A stretch of DNA of 63,910 bases, counting the filler, from Platydemus manokwari (lineage: Eukaryota): NCBI GenBank assembly GCA_037951405.1. It is 6 parts of 6 records of this genome, joined end to end, with 100 filler letters (N's around TTAATTAATTAA, not from the genome) between each part and the next. Parts side by side here need not be neighbours in the genome. Positions count along the whole stretch, not along the records: positions 1 to 8,729 come from JBBMOY011358871.1; positions 8,830 to 18,277 come from JBBMOY011248652.1; 4 more parts are not named here. The stretch is one strand, 5' to 3'. The notes beneath the pieces are model-generated. The model had not been told where the DNA came from. It saw only the letters and a list, made by a program, of their open reading frames with translations, and ran no database searches. This document shows, in pieces, positions 1 to 14,185 of this stretch (positions are counted from its first letter, which is position 1; every line of letters begins with the position of its first letter). A program made the translations under genes and the position numbers.

Positions 1-447
1 TTTTATATATTAATTAATATTTTAATAATGTTTATTTTAAAAGAAACAAAATGATCTTTTAAAAATACAATAAATAATTAAAAATGAATATTAAAACCAT
101 TTTAAAATTACGTTAAAAATAAACAAACCACGGTAACATATATGAAAGTCAAGGACCTTTCTAAACAATACTGTTAAACTCTCAAAGTAAAAAATTATCA
201 AAATAAAATTGAAATTAATTATTATTTTAAAAAATATTATATAAAATGTGGGGATTTTTATATTTTGATAAAAAAACGTAGACAAATCAGATGGAAAAAT
301 TTTTAAATTGAAAAATTGTTTGAAAGCTCATTTATTAATAAATATATTATTATTCTGATTAAAAAATGATTTCAGATTTAAATTTCAAGAATGAATGAAT
401 TTTTGGCAACTTACATTTACATTTAGTTTTGCTCTAAATTGCGTTAT

Positions 448-623
448 TGTGGGAATTTGAAATTGAATTAAAATTTATAAAGGCTTAACTTTGTGTAAAA
501 TTTGATTTTATATAATATTATATATTAATTTGTTTAAATAATCGTAATTAAATACATTTTTTTAATGTCGTGTATTTTCAGTTGGTTTTTAGTGTGTTGC
601 TTTTAAAATAATAGCTGCTTACA
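448..623 (+). mobile_element. Short solo LTR (family A, TG...TTACA)
   Basis: Starts TGTGGG and ends GCTGCTTACA, flanked by gttat/attat (5-bp TSD, one mismatch). Similar sequence occurs at about 3230-3390, 3600-3691, 4018-4170, 8900-9050, 13837-13980 and 32221-32441. Confidence 0.65.
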
Positions 624-676
624 ATTATAATAAACATTATTTTTATAATTATTTAATTTTAATTGAAAGATCATTT

Positions 677-1554
677 CGCTTAAATTAAGAAAAAGAATCC
701 TGTGACTTAATTTTAATGTAATGATTTTTCGTGTATTTTTTAATTTCAAATTTTATTTATTTACTTTAAAATTGAATGTCAAGTCAAAATGTGATAAAAA
801 TATCTTATTATATTTTGACCAGAAATTTAACCTTACATGGAAAAGATTAAAAACAGCGATATTCTATCATTAATACAATCACAATTCAATATTTTAAATA
901 TAAAGTAATACTTTAATTTTTAAATTTATCTTACAATGTTTTCCTCTGGGATTTTCGACATTGAAATCGAAAGGAAAAGATGTCCAGAAATCCAAAGATT
1001 TCATGTTAAAATAAATTTTGAAATATTTTGTTTAATTTTTTTATTATTTTCTGAAAGTTGATTTATTCGTTGATATCTTATATCTTATGATGTCGAATAG
1101 AAACTAAATAGAATTATAAACCAAGTTTATTCTAATTGCAACTCTTCTATATGACTTTATGGGTTTTAAAATTAAAATTTTTTTTATTAAAAATCGAGTT
1201 AGTCAATCACAAACATGTTTAATAATACCATTACTTATTTTTATAAAATAATTGTAAAAATTAAGGGAATTTCTCAATTTGTTTCGAATGTTAAAAATCG
1301 CGGTGCCCGTTTATTTTCGATAAATTGCAATTTGACCTACTTCGACCTGTTTTACAAATAACCAGGTTTTAAAAGATTCTCAATTCCTGGTCTATTTAAT
1401 AATTTATTTCAAACAACTCAAATTATTCCTAAGTACATAAACACAAAATTAAAAATATTTTTAAAGAATATAATTAATTAAACTATATAGATTTTTTGCA
1501 ATACATTCAACAAATTAAAAAAAATATTTTAGGACCTATTTATTAACTTTAGCC
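677..1554 (-). mobile_element. Non-autonomous Merlin-type DNA transposon copy
   Basis: Ends (cgcttaaattaagaaaaagaatcc ... aggacctatttattaactttagcc) and subterminal sequence match the reverse complement of the Merlin elements at 22159-24820. Confidence 0.7.
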
Positions 1555-2381
1555 CCTCTATCTTTTATTACCAATATTTTTCAATTTGTCCAATGAAATA
1601 GTGGGACTTAGGAAATATTTGAAACAACTCAGTATAATCAAGATTATGTGGAGAATATTTGTTGCTTTATCTAGCCAATAGGCACGCGCATTTCAAGTCG
1701 TTAGATATTCTCATAACAATTTCTAATCAATTCAACAAAAGATTGAGTCCAAGTTGATTTTCATTACCATATATTAATTCAAACTTTGATTCAGCTATTA
1801 AACAATAACCAATAATATTGTAGAATCTTGAAAATCCCATTAAAAAATATCAACATACACATGGAACTATCAACATTTATTTATATCATAACATCATTAA
1901 TTGTCACAATTACGCTTAATCAAAACTAGGAAACACTTTTAATTTAAATACCAAAATGTGAATGTAGCCATAAATTTATATCCGTGGAAATGATTCAGCC
2001 CAAAATTGGTTTCTTATTGGAAAGTCTAGTCACGAAAGCTTATGATATTCATTGTTATTATTCATTCCAATTATATATCCACCACACATTGTTTACGTTC
2101 TGTGAATTAATCAGTTTTCATTATCGAAACATGATGAGAAAGGATAAATTCTTCACTCCCTCTATGCTATTTGAAAAATTGACCAATCAAATCGCAGTTT
2201 GTATGTAAATCAATTAAATTTTGTGTAGTCAAGAACTACTGATGTAATAAACAAATTTAAACAGTAGAAATAATTTTGTGGTGTTTTTATTTGTTTTTGT
2301 GCATTTGAAAATTCATCCTCAACAACATCTGTTTATAAGTTGGTGCTAATTCGTTATTAATTTCAATTGTTCAAATATTCG

Positions 2382-5300
2382 ATGCCAAATAAACTGATTC
2401 TACATTTCGATGCTCGCAATACGCTTTTTGTGGCTGATTTCAATTCACGTTTAACAATGGAGAAGGCACTCAATGCCTACATTTCGGGATTGGTATGGGG
2501 TTAGTAATTGTTTTTGTGAGATCAGTTATATATTTAGATTTTCATTGTTAATTAATTTTTGTTTCTTTTTTTAATATTGGTGGTAAAATTATTATTTTGT
2601 AATGTTTTTATTAATTATATAATTTTAAAATATATAAATTTTAGTTTGTTCTATCATTTATAAATATAATTTATTATTATTATTATTATTATCGATTAAA
2701 ATATAAAATAATGCTATCATTAAAAGCACGTTAAGAGTATTCATTTAGTCAGTGAGTTCCTTTTAATTGATCATATTTAATGCCAATGTTGAGAACGTTT
2801 AGTGTTAGAATGTTGGTTATTTATAGTAATCCGATCACACTTTCAAATGATAATTGATGGAAATTATTGGTGTTACTGTGCTAAAAAAATGACAATGTTG
2901 TAGTTTTCGCTATAAGGAAATAATTGGAATTTAATTTTTCGTCTATTTGAAAATATCTAGTTTATTATTAATAATTGTTTTATAACAATTATAATTTTCC
3001 TATTCTGCAAATAGATTTTGATAGATAAAATAGGTTATTTTAGCTATTCGATACTGAGAAGATCAATAACTGAAAATTATGGAAAAGAAAGTGAAAGATG
3101 TTGAGAGTATATGGAGAAGATAGACAAAAGATAGAAGAATTTGAGTTTGTTATGTAGATAAATATGTATAGCATTCGATATAATGTCAATAAAGAACACA
3201 AAGAAAATCAAAGATTTTAAAGAAAGGCGTGATGTGAGCATTTAAAATTGAATTAAAATTTTTAAGAATTTAATTTTATATAAAATTATATTAGTTTGTT
3301 TAAATAATTGTATTTAAATAGAATTTGATATCGTGACTTGTTAGTTGGGTCTCGATGCGTGTTTTATAAAATAGTAGCGGTTTCGCAGCTCGTTTCGAAA
3401 CTCCGTATCACTCAAGCGAGAATATCAAATTTAATTCAATTTGAGTTAGTATAGAATTTAATTTATATTTAATTAAGTTTTATATTGAAATTAATGTTGT
3501 ATTGAATTTGGTTTGAAATTGAATTTAATTTTATATTGAATTTAAATTTTCATTGAGTTTAAATTTATATTGAATTTAATTTGGTATTAAATTTCCTTTT
3601 TTGTTTAAACAATTGCCTTTAAAATAGAATTAAATGTCGAGTCTTTTCAATTCGTTTTCGATGCGATTTTTCTAAAACAGTAGCGGCTTACAACTCATAT
3701 TATTTACACGTGAATAAAATTCGTAAATAGCTTTGGTTTGGTCAACCATTTAACAAGCAATCTGAAAACGAATTTTTTGAAAGAAAGGATGTTGTAGCGT
3801 AGAAGAACTTTTGAAAACACAGTTTTTAGTTTGTTCTTCTGTCTAATTGGAAAGGAGTTGAGCACAAGGGGTTCACGGATCCTTTATCTAATCTCGTGGA
3901 ACCTTGGTTGAAAAGTATTACCTTTGACATTTATTTTTCCACTATGATGGCTATTGTCTTTAAAAAACAAGAGAAAAATTGAATAGAAATTAGAAAATAT
4001 GTATTGCATTTATTTACTGTAAGCCGCTACTATTTTATAAAGCACACTTAGAAACGACCGGAAAGTCGTGACACAAAGCTATATATTTAACTACAATTAT
4101 TTAAACAAATTAAATCTCTTTTCGTTTTAATTTATAAAATCCTTGAAATTTAAATTTTGAGATCTTGACATTTATTGTTGAAAACGATAACAGTTTTTCT
4201 ATATGATAATCTAAGCTAGTCAACCTATTATCTCGTTTGACAGTAGTTTCCACTATTATTATCGAAATGGATCTCAAATTTACCAATCGATAATTCGTTC
4301 TCTGATAAAATAAAACCCATGTTCACCCACTTTACTCAAACGCATTGTCATTTATGTGTTCAGTTTTCGAATTGTAAATTTATCCTATCCTACAATCATG
4401 ATTTTTTTTACTGAAACATTTTCAAATACATACACGCATATATATACTTTCAAGCTCTCGGAAATAGTATTATTTTTATATAGCAAAATTTTAATATAAA
4501 ATAACCTAATTTTTATAAAAATTGTGAATTCTTATTCTAATCAATATCATTTTTCTCACTAAATGATAATCTTATATAAGTAAAATTCATTTCTAGCCCA
4601 TTTCTAGTTCAAAGTTAAACCGTGAGATTAAAATTTCGTAGATTCTAAACTTTACACAAATAATTTGTCTTTCCGATTTCTCCGATGTAGGCTTGATTGT
4701 TTTTCAATGGTTTTGCAATACATTTTTGCTATGGGTTTTAAATTTCAAATCTTAATATCAATCTATATATATGTGTGTGTGTGTGTCCAGCACAATTTGC
4801 TATAGAAATTGAAGGGTTTTGATATTTGGATTTTATTAACAGCACAGAATAATGAACAGCTATCAAATAGATTTATAAAATTTGAATACTATCAACGTTT
4901 CAACAATCAGGGGTTATCGAAAAAATTCATACTCAGATAATAAAAAAGTATATAAGGAGTATATAAGACCTGTTTGGTAACTCGTGAAATTATCAAAAGA
5001 AACAATATAATTTCGATGAGTTCTTATAATTTTTTTGACAATTTTTAGCAAATAAAAACCCGTTTATTTTCCAAAATATGACTAAAATGCGATGCAACGA
5101 CAAAAACCGGATAACAAATTCATTAAAGGCTGTTATAATTAGAAAAACTAACAAGTTTCTTGTAACAATGTTAATTATGAAGGAAGAATGTGATCCTGCT
5201 GGAGAGCTGAATGGTAATAGAAGAGGACTCGTTGAATCAAAAAGAAATATGAAAAACGGATTTCGAAAAATATTTATATAAAACGAATAATAAAACGAAT

Positions 5301-6606
5301 TATAAAATTAATATTTTCCAAATACGTATAAATTACCACTTGATGTCATTAATAGACATTAACTAGTAAGATTTTGAAATAAATAATATTCATGAAGATA
5401 TAATATTGAATGGAATTTGTTATAAACAGATAAACAAAACAATTATCGGGTTCGTGTTAATTAAAAATTACGGTTCAGTTGATATTTAATTAAGGGAAAT
5501 TAGACTATGGTACTAAATATTTTTTAAATTAATTATAGAATTTTATTATTAATATTTATTGATTTTTTTGTTGATTTATTCGTCATTTATCGATAACTAT
5601 TTATTATTATTATTTTTTTTTTATCTTTTGTGACAAATCATTTACAGGTTCTGTGGAGAATGGAGTTTGGAAAATTGCCCACTCAGAAGTTAGCATCAAT
5701 TGCCCGAACAATTCTTTCATCTCATTTTATAAATACATGGAGAATATCATTGTGAAAGATTCTGATGATCGGCCCAAACTGCGAGATGTTTTAGGAAAAT
5801 TTACTCAGGAAAATGGAACCGATTTTGAGCCGATATACTTGGAACATCTTAAAATGCTTGAATGGAAATATGAAAACAATAAATGTTTCACCATTAAAGG
5901 TTCTGATGACAAACTCTATCATTATATCATGCCTACATTTTTCAACACGATTCGTGTCTTATCTGAGAGGAAAAGGGATTTTGCGATAATTATACGATCA
6001 TTCGGTCTGGATATTCCATATATTATAGAAGCAATACAAGCTTTTCTCAATGGCGATCATCCAATGTTTCCGGAAAAATTAGATATTAATTTATGTGACT
6101 CTTCACAATCTTTGACCATGGATACCTCAAATAATGAATACATGTATCAATTTGTCTTTCATGACAACGAAGAAGCCCGAATCACTAGAGATGAGATAGA
6201 AATTATCGAACATTGGAATTCCATTCAAGGAATTGCTGCTGTGAGAGATGATTTTCAGTATTGGTCGGATAACAATTTCCATTATTCTGCCTCCAAGCCT
6301 TTGTGGATCAATTATCGATCTGATAATTGTGATAAAATATGCCATCACATATTTTTCGATGATTGCATTCATCCCAGAGATTCCGATAGCATTGTGCATT
6401 TGAGACAAATACCGATGATGAACGGTGATACTTCTTCGAATAAACATTCAGCCCACACCAGCACGATTCTAAATCTAAGTGAAACAGAAAAATATATCAA
6501 CGTTAATTTGGTTCAATCAGAGTTGCTCGAATGCATTAGAAATCATGATTATTTCATTGAGAAAATTGATTTGTGTGAGAAGAAATTTGCGGAAATGTAT
6601 ATTTAG
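2382..6606 (+). CDS. Uncharacterised HAD-like protein, 358 aa, 2 exons (2382-2499, 5648-6606)
   Basis: Exon 1 reads MPNKLILHFDARNTLFVAD...ISGLVWG with donor G|gttagt. The acceptor tttacag|GT joins in frame to the 5653-6606 ORF. HAD-like motifs: LILHFD, IIRSFG, IFFDD. Confidence 0.85.
3055..3691 (+). mobile_element. Family A LTR-element relic in the intron (purine-rich internal segment, degenerate PPT, LTR-like copies)
   Basis: Internal segment resembles 32050-32220 and the reverse complement of 13980-14180. aggcgtga precedes TGTGAG, and LTR-like ends are tagcggtttcgca and tagcggcttaca. Confidence 0.55.
4018..4170 (-). mobile_element. Short solo LTR (family A)
   Basis: tgtaagccgcta ... gatcttgaca flanked by tttac/tttat (5-bp TSD, one mismatch). 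Confidence 0.65.
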
Positions 6607-8729
6607 ATTGTTTTCAGACATCGGTTTTCCATTTTTTTATTTAAGATGTATTTTTTAATTCTGAAAGCAATGCCTATGAAGAATAATTTTTCAAATTAAA
6701 TTTTAAAATCTTTTTTTTTTAATTTTTAGTAAAATTTCTAACGAATTATGAAATAAAAATGAATTTTTATTGAAGTCGTACATTTTGTTTCATTCGATTT
6801 GTAAAATAAGAAAAACATTATTGGGATGATTATTGGATACATCTCGTTATTGACATTTTTCCCTATTGAATATATGAGTTTTTATAATTATTTGATACCA
6901 AGCTATAATGCTAGAAAAGTTTCCAATTTTTAAAAGTATTATTACTGTTAAAACGATAAAATATTGAGAACCGATTTACAAAAACCTTGAAATCAGTTAT
7001 ACCAAAATCAATAATGAACACAAATGGAATTATAATAGGAACAAAATATTTGAGCTAATAAACAAAATCCCCAATTGCCAGCAAACGAAAAGCTTAATTA
7101 AACAAAATAATTATAATTACACGTGGAAAACTATAATGTTAATTATAGATAATTTTAGATAAATTAAAATGGGGGGGTATAAAATAAGGTTAGTATATTG
7201 TATTTGTAATTAAAACTAGCCGCCACCGAGATTTGGGCCTAAACTAATGGATTTTGCCTTTAAAATAACTGGCAGTAAAAATATGTGAATTATATAAATT
7301 TTAGTCAGTGTATACTTTTATCGTACAAAATATCATACAGCCAAGAGTAGTTTCTCTGTCAATGAGTCAATTTTGTGTGATATTTTCATCCTTTTGATTT
7401 TTTTGACAATTAGCTGTAATCAACTGAATAATTTTATTCGACATGTTGCATCTTTGTGTTATCGTTACAAATTAATTTTAGCATCATCCTTATCAGGCAC
7501 TTAGTTAGTAGTGAAGTATATAAGGATACAGGTGAGCCAATGGCACCATTTAAGGTCATTATCTAATATACACCCAATATAATAACAAAAATTATTGCTT
7601 TTTCAATTGTTTTTGCTATGAAGCAAATGATAGTTATTAAACCAATCTTAATAAAATTAAACTTTTTGTTAAAATCTATAATTTGGTATATTTTGCGGTT
7701 ATTAGAAAGCGTTTATGAATTATGAATGAATATAAATCAAGGCATAATATATTATAATAAATAATCTAATAAAATAATCACCAAATTTAAGTGTAATGTT
7801 ATTTTTTTAAAATAAATCAGATAGATATTGTTCATTTTATATTTTAAAGGTATAAAAAGCATTCTAAAATATTTAATATGGCATATAAATAATAAAAATA
7901 TTAATGGAGTGCCATGGTTTTTCTTTAATCATTTGATTATATTTATATTTTTAGGTAATTATGTGAAGAAAATATTTGCATTATATTTATTTTCACATTA
8001 CAGCTATCTATTATAAGCTTAATTGCTTATTGTTGACTTGATGGCTATTTTTCAATGAACATAATTGGATTAGTAGTCATGATAAACGCTTAAATAATTG
8101 TAATATTTGTCGACTATTATGATGTGTTCATTTCAATTATTGGTTCTCTTTTAATAGGTTTTACATATCTTGAATTCTCTCCTACTTGCTCGAACTATTA
8201 AACTTTGTTATTCTCTTGAATGAAAGCAATGTTTAACACTAGATATCTATAACATACATCGTATCATTTGACACAGATTCTTATGACAACTCTATAAATA
8301 AATTGGTTTAGATTCAATTTTAAGCTTAATCCACTGTTTCCCCGCTGCATCAAGAGCTATCAATGAAATATATTTTACTCCAAAAGTATTTGTTCTGCAT
8401 ATTTTTGATGATCTTTTCCACTTATTTCCGAATTCAATATTTTAAATTCCGAAGTCGATATTTCAAGATCCAAATTTATTTGATCCAATTCAGAATATAT
8501 TTTCTTCCAATATATAACTTTCAATGATCGACCGACACTGAATGATGAAAACTTTGGATAATTTTTCAAATACGTGTTTAATTGCCAAAAAACGGCCGAA
8601 AAATTGTCACTCAAAAATTTGTCAATATATTAGAAAATTAATGAAATTACAGAAATATATGAGCCCTTGATTATGAAAGTGGTATAAGTCATTTCAACCT
8701 TTCAAAACCAAATTTCCATTTAAAAATGG

Positions 8730-8829
8730 NNNNNNNNNNNNNNNNNNNNNNNNNNNNNNNNNNNNNNNNNNNNTTAATTAATTAANNNNNNNNNNNNNNN
8801 NNNNNNNNNNNNNNNNNNNNNNNNNNNNN
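8730..8829. other. Assembly spacer
   Basis: N44-ttaattaattaa-N44, a six-frame stop linker. Confidence 0.98.
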
Positions 8830-9637
8830 AAAAAATTTTATATTAATTTATTCTTATTTTTAGTTAGTTTGGTTGGCTCAAAATGGCCTGGTTAGTTCCC
8901 CACAAAGCCGCTACAAATTTATAAAGCAAGTATTAAAAACTAACTGAAAACTCAAGACAACAATTCATCTATTTAAAAACAATTATTTAAACAAATAATC
9001 ATCTTTTGATATTAATTTTTAAAACATTTTTAAATTAAAATTTTTCAATTCTCAGAACCCGCAAATAAAACTGAACTAGAAAATTTAATAAATAAAATAC
9101 GACCACACTGTAAAAAAGAGAAAATTAGTCGAGTCATGTAGCATATCAATCCTAAAATCTGGTAGAGAAACATAATTAAAATCCAATAATTCATTGGAAT
9201 AATAAATACTAATTATTATTATTTATGAAAACCTCAAAATTATTAATAATAAAGGACATAAAGAGACAAACCGTATTAATAGTACAATATCAGACAGTTT
9301 ATTTGCGCAATTTCAGAAGCCATCTGAACCTGATTAAGAAGAAGTACTATTAGAAGATATTTGTACAAAATTTAATTTTCACATTTAGAGCCATTCAAAT
9401 CCCTGCTTACCAATTTGCTAAAGAAAGAACACTTAGTTATTGTTTAAATGTAGTTTTACAGATAAAGATTAATAAATTCTATACATAATTCTATTGACAT
9501 AACACTTCACAATTTAATGTAAAAACAACAAATAAAATTTACTAAATTTGTATAGTGATACTTGATTTGCTGATATTTTGAGCCTTTGTGGATATACAAC
9601 ATTGAGAAAGATATTTTAAATTTATTTTATAATTGTC

Positions 9638-10694
9638 ATGTCGAAAAAATACAAGAATATTATCACTGAGTCTACCAAGAGCCGTGAATCGTTAAATCAG
9701 TATGCCTGCTTAATCCCATGTGCTAAGGTATGACTTAAATCATTTAACTTTACTTCAATTGGTATTTTGTCTTGCAATTTTAATGTAATAATCTATTACA
9801 TAGCTGGTTATTACAGCACAATCATGGCTATTGTCGAATTGGTTGTAAATAATTTATTTATTTATCAATTATGTAGAAAATGGACTTTTAACAAGCACAG
9901 AGTATACATGGTAGCCTTACCTTTCTCAGATATATTGACCAATATTGTTTGTCTCTGGTTATTTTACTTTCCTATGATGGCACCTCCTGCAATAACAGAA
10001 AGTAAATATTATTGGAGTTTACCATCGATAAGTGATTTTTTTATAAATTAAGATTTGAAGTAATTTTTTTCTGTAATCAGATATCGTTGTAATTTTTGTT
10101 AATTTGTCGAATCGATCGATGCTTGACAATAAAAGTGCCATTTTGTGATCGGTTATGGGGAGTAAAAATATTAATAATTACGATTATTAGTTTTATCACT
10201 TTGAATGTAATTTCTTATGTTTCACATTGGATTATTTGGAAAAAAGAATACCTAGTTGAATTGGGTATATTTGTTTGTCATAAAAATGAGAATCCTTATT
10301 ACATTGAAATGTACAAGTGTTATCTATTAATTTTTCACCCTCTTGATATCGCATGGGTTTTTATTCATTTAATTATCAATCCTGTCTTAATACATGCTAT
10401 TACGCATCATTCCAAATATTCAAAAAGGTTTATAAACCAAGAAGGAAATAAAAAAACAAATTATCGAGCTTCTGAGATGAAATCATGGATCGGAGTATTC
10501 ATATTATTCATCACATCATTTTTATTGATCACTACAACGAGAATTCTTAATTTGGATTCACTTTTTTCAAAGGAATGCCAATGGAAAGGTTTCTGATCGA
10601 ATGTACAACTTTTATTTGTCTTATATATAAGTTCATAAATGTTAATTTTATTCAGTTTTTAGTAAAATATAAGAAAAATATGCGAAATCATTAA
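9638..10694 (+). pseudogene. GPCR pseudogene, paralogue of 16852-17913
   Basis: Colinear with the intact copy (PCAKV, KHRVYMVAL..SDILTNIVC, IDRCL, FHPL). CGA>TGA stop at 9731 and further stops/indels near 10050-10090 and 10575. Confidence 0.85.
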
Positions 10695-11886
10695 AAGCAC
10701 AAATACAATACTATTCGCTGATCTATTTTGTATTAATGTGTTGTTTAGGCTTTATGATGTTACAATGATATTATAAAATTATTGTAGCTATTGTTACATT
10801 TTTAGTGTAATAATTTTTGATGTACTTATCAATATTGTTGGTAATTTTTGTTTCTTAAATAAAGATTATTCTATCAGTTGCCATTTCAAAATTTATTCTT
10901 TGATATCTTAGAATGTGTGAATTACTTTTCATCGCAAAGCAGTCAAATAAAATTACCTGATATTAAATTAATTTATTAAAGGTTTACATGAATTCCAACT
11001 CATTAGTGTTTTTCTAAATTCTCAGGTTGTCATCGATTGCTACTGAAACCCTACCAATAAGATGCTTCATAGTCTCTACTAATTCTCCTGGTATCCTTTG
11101 TAATTGTTGCATATTTAGATGTATATACTGCTTTGATAAAATAGATGTTCAAATATAAAAAATATATTTTGAGACTTTGAGTGCAAGTTTTTAGTCAATA
11201 TAATTTTCAGATATAAATTATTGATTGATAACCCAACAAAACTCTTCTAGTTTTTTTGGAGTCAGTGATTAGTCAATAATTCAGAAGTATCACAACAGTA
11301 GGATCAATCTGGCATCAAAACTAGATAAGATAAGCTTGAAGTCTCCTATGAGTTTCAGTATAAGATTAATCTTGAATTATTTTCAGAACTGGAAACAAGA
11401 TTATGAATAATAATAGAATCAAATAATTGAATAAAAAACGATAAAAAAATGAAAAGTTTCTCTCTGTTTCCGCCAAATCATCGCTCAACAGAATGCGACA
11501 GAATAAAAAATGTAAAACTAGTACAGATTAGCACAATGATTTTACAAACTTCATCTAGTGATAGTGATTAGAAAATTTAATGAAATTTAAAATTTAAAGT
11601 TACTTAAGTTATTTACTTTCTAATTATAAGTAGTCAAATTATGTGAAGAATTTCTGCTAATAATAAGAGCTAAATTGCCTAAATATTTAAACAAATATTA
11701 ATAAGTATCATAATGTAATTTCACTCAGAAAATTTTGATGAGTAAAATTAATAGGATTAAATCAAAATATAAATTTTATAATTTTGTATTTCCACTTGAA
11801 GGCTTTGCAAAAAACTCAATGACTGTCATTAAATTCAAAATAGGGGCCATTAAAGTTTGGAATCAAATTACAATAGTCAAACCTAA

Positions 11887-12123
11887 GACTTAAGTTAAGA
11901 AAGGGTGCCTTTTGACCTACTTTCGTAAGGATGGATTTTCGCGCACTGGATAATTGTATAACTTAATTTTTATATATAATTGCAATTTCTTATATATCTG
12001 AATAATTCAGTTGATACATCATACATGTATTTACAGAATATAATTCAATAAACCATATAGATTTTTGCAATACAGGCAACAAATTTAAAATTCTATTTTA
12101 GGACCCTTTTCTTAAATTTAGAT
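11887..12123 (-). mobile_element. Merlin-derived MITE
   Basis: Both terminal motifs (gacttaagttaagaaagggtgcc ... ggacccttttcttaaatttag) lie about 235 bp apart with no coding remnant. Confidence 0.65.
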
Positions 12124-13836
12124 AAACCTAATTCTTGAGTCAAGAAAGTCGCATAAATACGTAGAGTTTTGAAATCATTATTTTAATTCAAAATTGTAAC
12201 CTCAGTGTATATATATATATATATATTTACTCTATTAAAACAAGAAAATAAAATTAAGGTAAATTGTGAGAATTAAAAAAAATCAGCTTTATTTATCTCA
12301 TCATAAATTGTCTCACATAAATTTTTCACTTCAACTAGTTGAATCATTATTTATTTTCAAATGTTTTTGTCATAAATATATTTACCTAACATGTATAAAT
12401 TATAAAAAAGAAAATCAAATGTAAATAAAATGTGGCATTCATTGACATGAACTTGTCTATTTCCATTTTACAATTTTATTGTTCTATGTCGAAATAATGA
12501 AAATTTTAACTCAACGAAGTTGATGAATTATCTCGTGCCAATGTAATTAAATAAATAAAATCAAAATTTAGAATGTTATTAATTTTTTAAGTAGAAAATT
12601 TGAAATGTGATTTGTTTTATAAATAAATAAAACTTAATTTCTACATAAATAAAATTTTATTATCATGATGTGAGAGGCCAACCACATTAACACATAAGTT
12701 CAAGATTATATATATATATATAAGTTACCCATTTTGGAAGAGATCAGATTATTTTTGAGCGTGTCTTAATTACTGGCACTGTAGCGTCAAAAATATATAA
12801 ACTTATTTATAAAAGAAATCAGAAATTTGATTAAATGTGATGATTTTATTCATAATGATCGAAGATTCTAAATGCAATCGATAGAAAGCCGTAATTTTAG
12901 AAATATTTTATTTGAATTTTAAGTCGTAGGTGTAACACATGAAACCAATGACATACATCAACTGATTATCGTAATTTTTGGCAATATTCATTTCCAAGGT
13001 ATGATAGGTTCAGATAAATTATGTTGCTTTTGGATTTTATGAGTTTAAGGTGAATTACGGTATTATAACCAATTCTTTTGCACATATACGGTCGTCTTAA
13101 ATGAGTCTCGAGTTCATGTTCAATGTCATGGGTAAAATTAAACCTTATTATTATTACCAATTTCGTCTCGCTAAAATTATGATGTAAAGATAATAATTGT
13201 GGCACATAAAATATATTGATATTAAATTATGATAAGCAGCAATTAATCTGGATAATTTGAAAATTCATATAAATAAATTATTACAAAATTCCCATTATTC
13301 GTTAATACTTTTATACACTTAGATTTGAACTCTAGAAAATAATTTTATAAAATTTTCCTTCTAGAAGAAATTGATAATAAAATTGCCATAAAAATTTTTA
13401 ATATAAGTGGCCGAAATCATTGAAATATGAGTAATGATCTCAAATAATGAGCAAGTAGATAAATTCAAAATTTGTTTAAACAAAGCATACAAAAAGGTCA
13501 GATTTGCTAAAGAACAATATGATGTAATGATTATGAAGGAAAGCTTATTAATGTTGGGTTGATGAGCAAGCTGGTGATGAAAAGATGACACTGAAAATAT
13601 AAGTATTAAAAGGTAAATTAGCTCATTATCGGTGAATCATTTCTAATGAAAATTGATGTATTATATGAGGACAAAAGTAATTATATTATCTGCAAGATGT
13701 AATTTTGAGTATTCTTAAAAAGTTTAAAGTGATGATTTTTATGAAGCTGATGATATAAATGTGATTAATGAAGTTTTGACATAATTTCAAATATTGTGAT
13801 TTTTAGTGTACGATTAAAATTAGGTACATCACGGTT

Positions 13837-14185
13837 GTAAGTCTCTACTACACGCATCGAAGACTAACTTAAAAGACACGGCATTAAATTATGTATTTAG
13901 ATACAATAATATAAACAAATTAGTGTAATTTTATATAAAATATAATATTCAAAAATTTAATTTAATTAACAATTTTCACATCACCCTTTTTTTAAAATCT
14001 TTGATTTTCTTTGTATTCTTAATTGACTTTGTATTGAATATTCTACATATTTATCTACTCAAATAACTCTAATTCTTCTATATATTTTATATCTTCTCTA
14101 GATTTTCTTAATATCTTTCTTATACATTCTCTATATAGTATCGACATCTTCCTCCTTCTTTTCCATAATTTTCACTCATTGATAT
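13837..14185 (-). mobile_element. Family A LTR-element relic (3' LTR, PPT, internal segment)
   Basis: Reverse-complement similarity to 3060-3390. The minus strand has aaaaagggtga followed by TGTGAA...TTACA. Confidence 0.6.

Noticed and set aside
1580-2208. Coding-like stretch, possibly a Helitron helicase trace
   Set aside because: No diagnostic motif recoverable.
6127-6447. Antisense ORFs here and at 61651-61905, 38927-39214 and 24149-24349
   Set aside because: Shadows of real coding or transposase sequence on the opposite strand.
8774-8785. TTAATTAATTAA recurring five times
   Set aside because: It is centred in N-runs of fixed length, so it is an artificial linker. Adjacency across these joins is not evidence of linkage.
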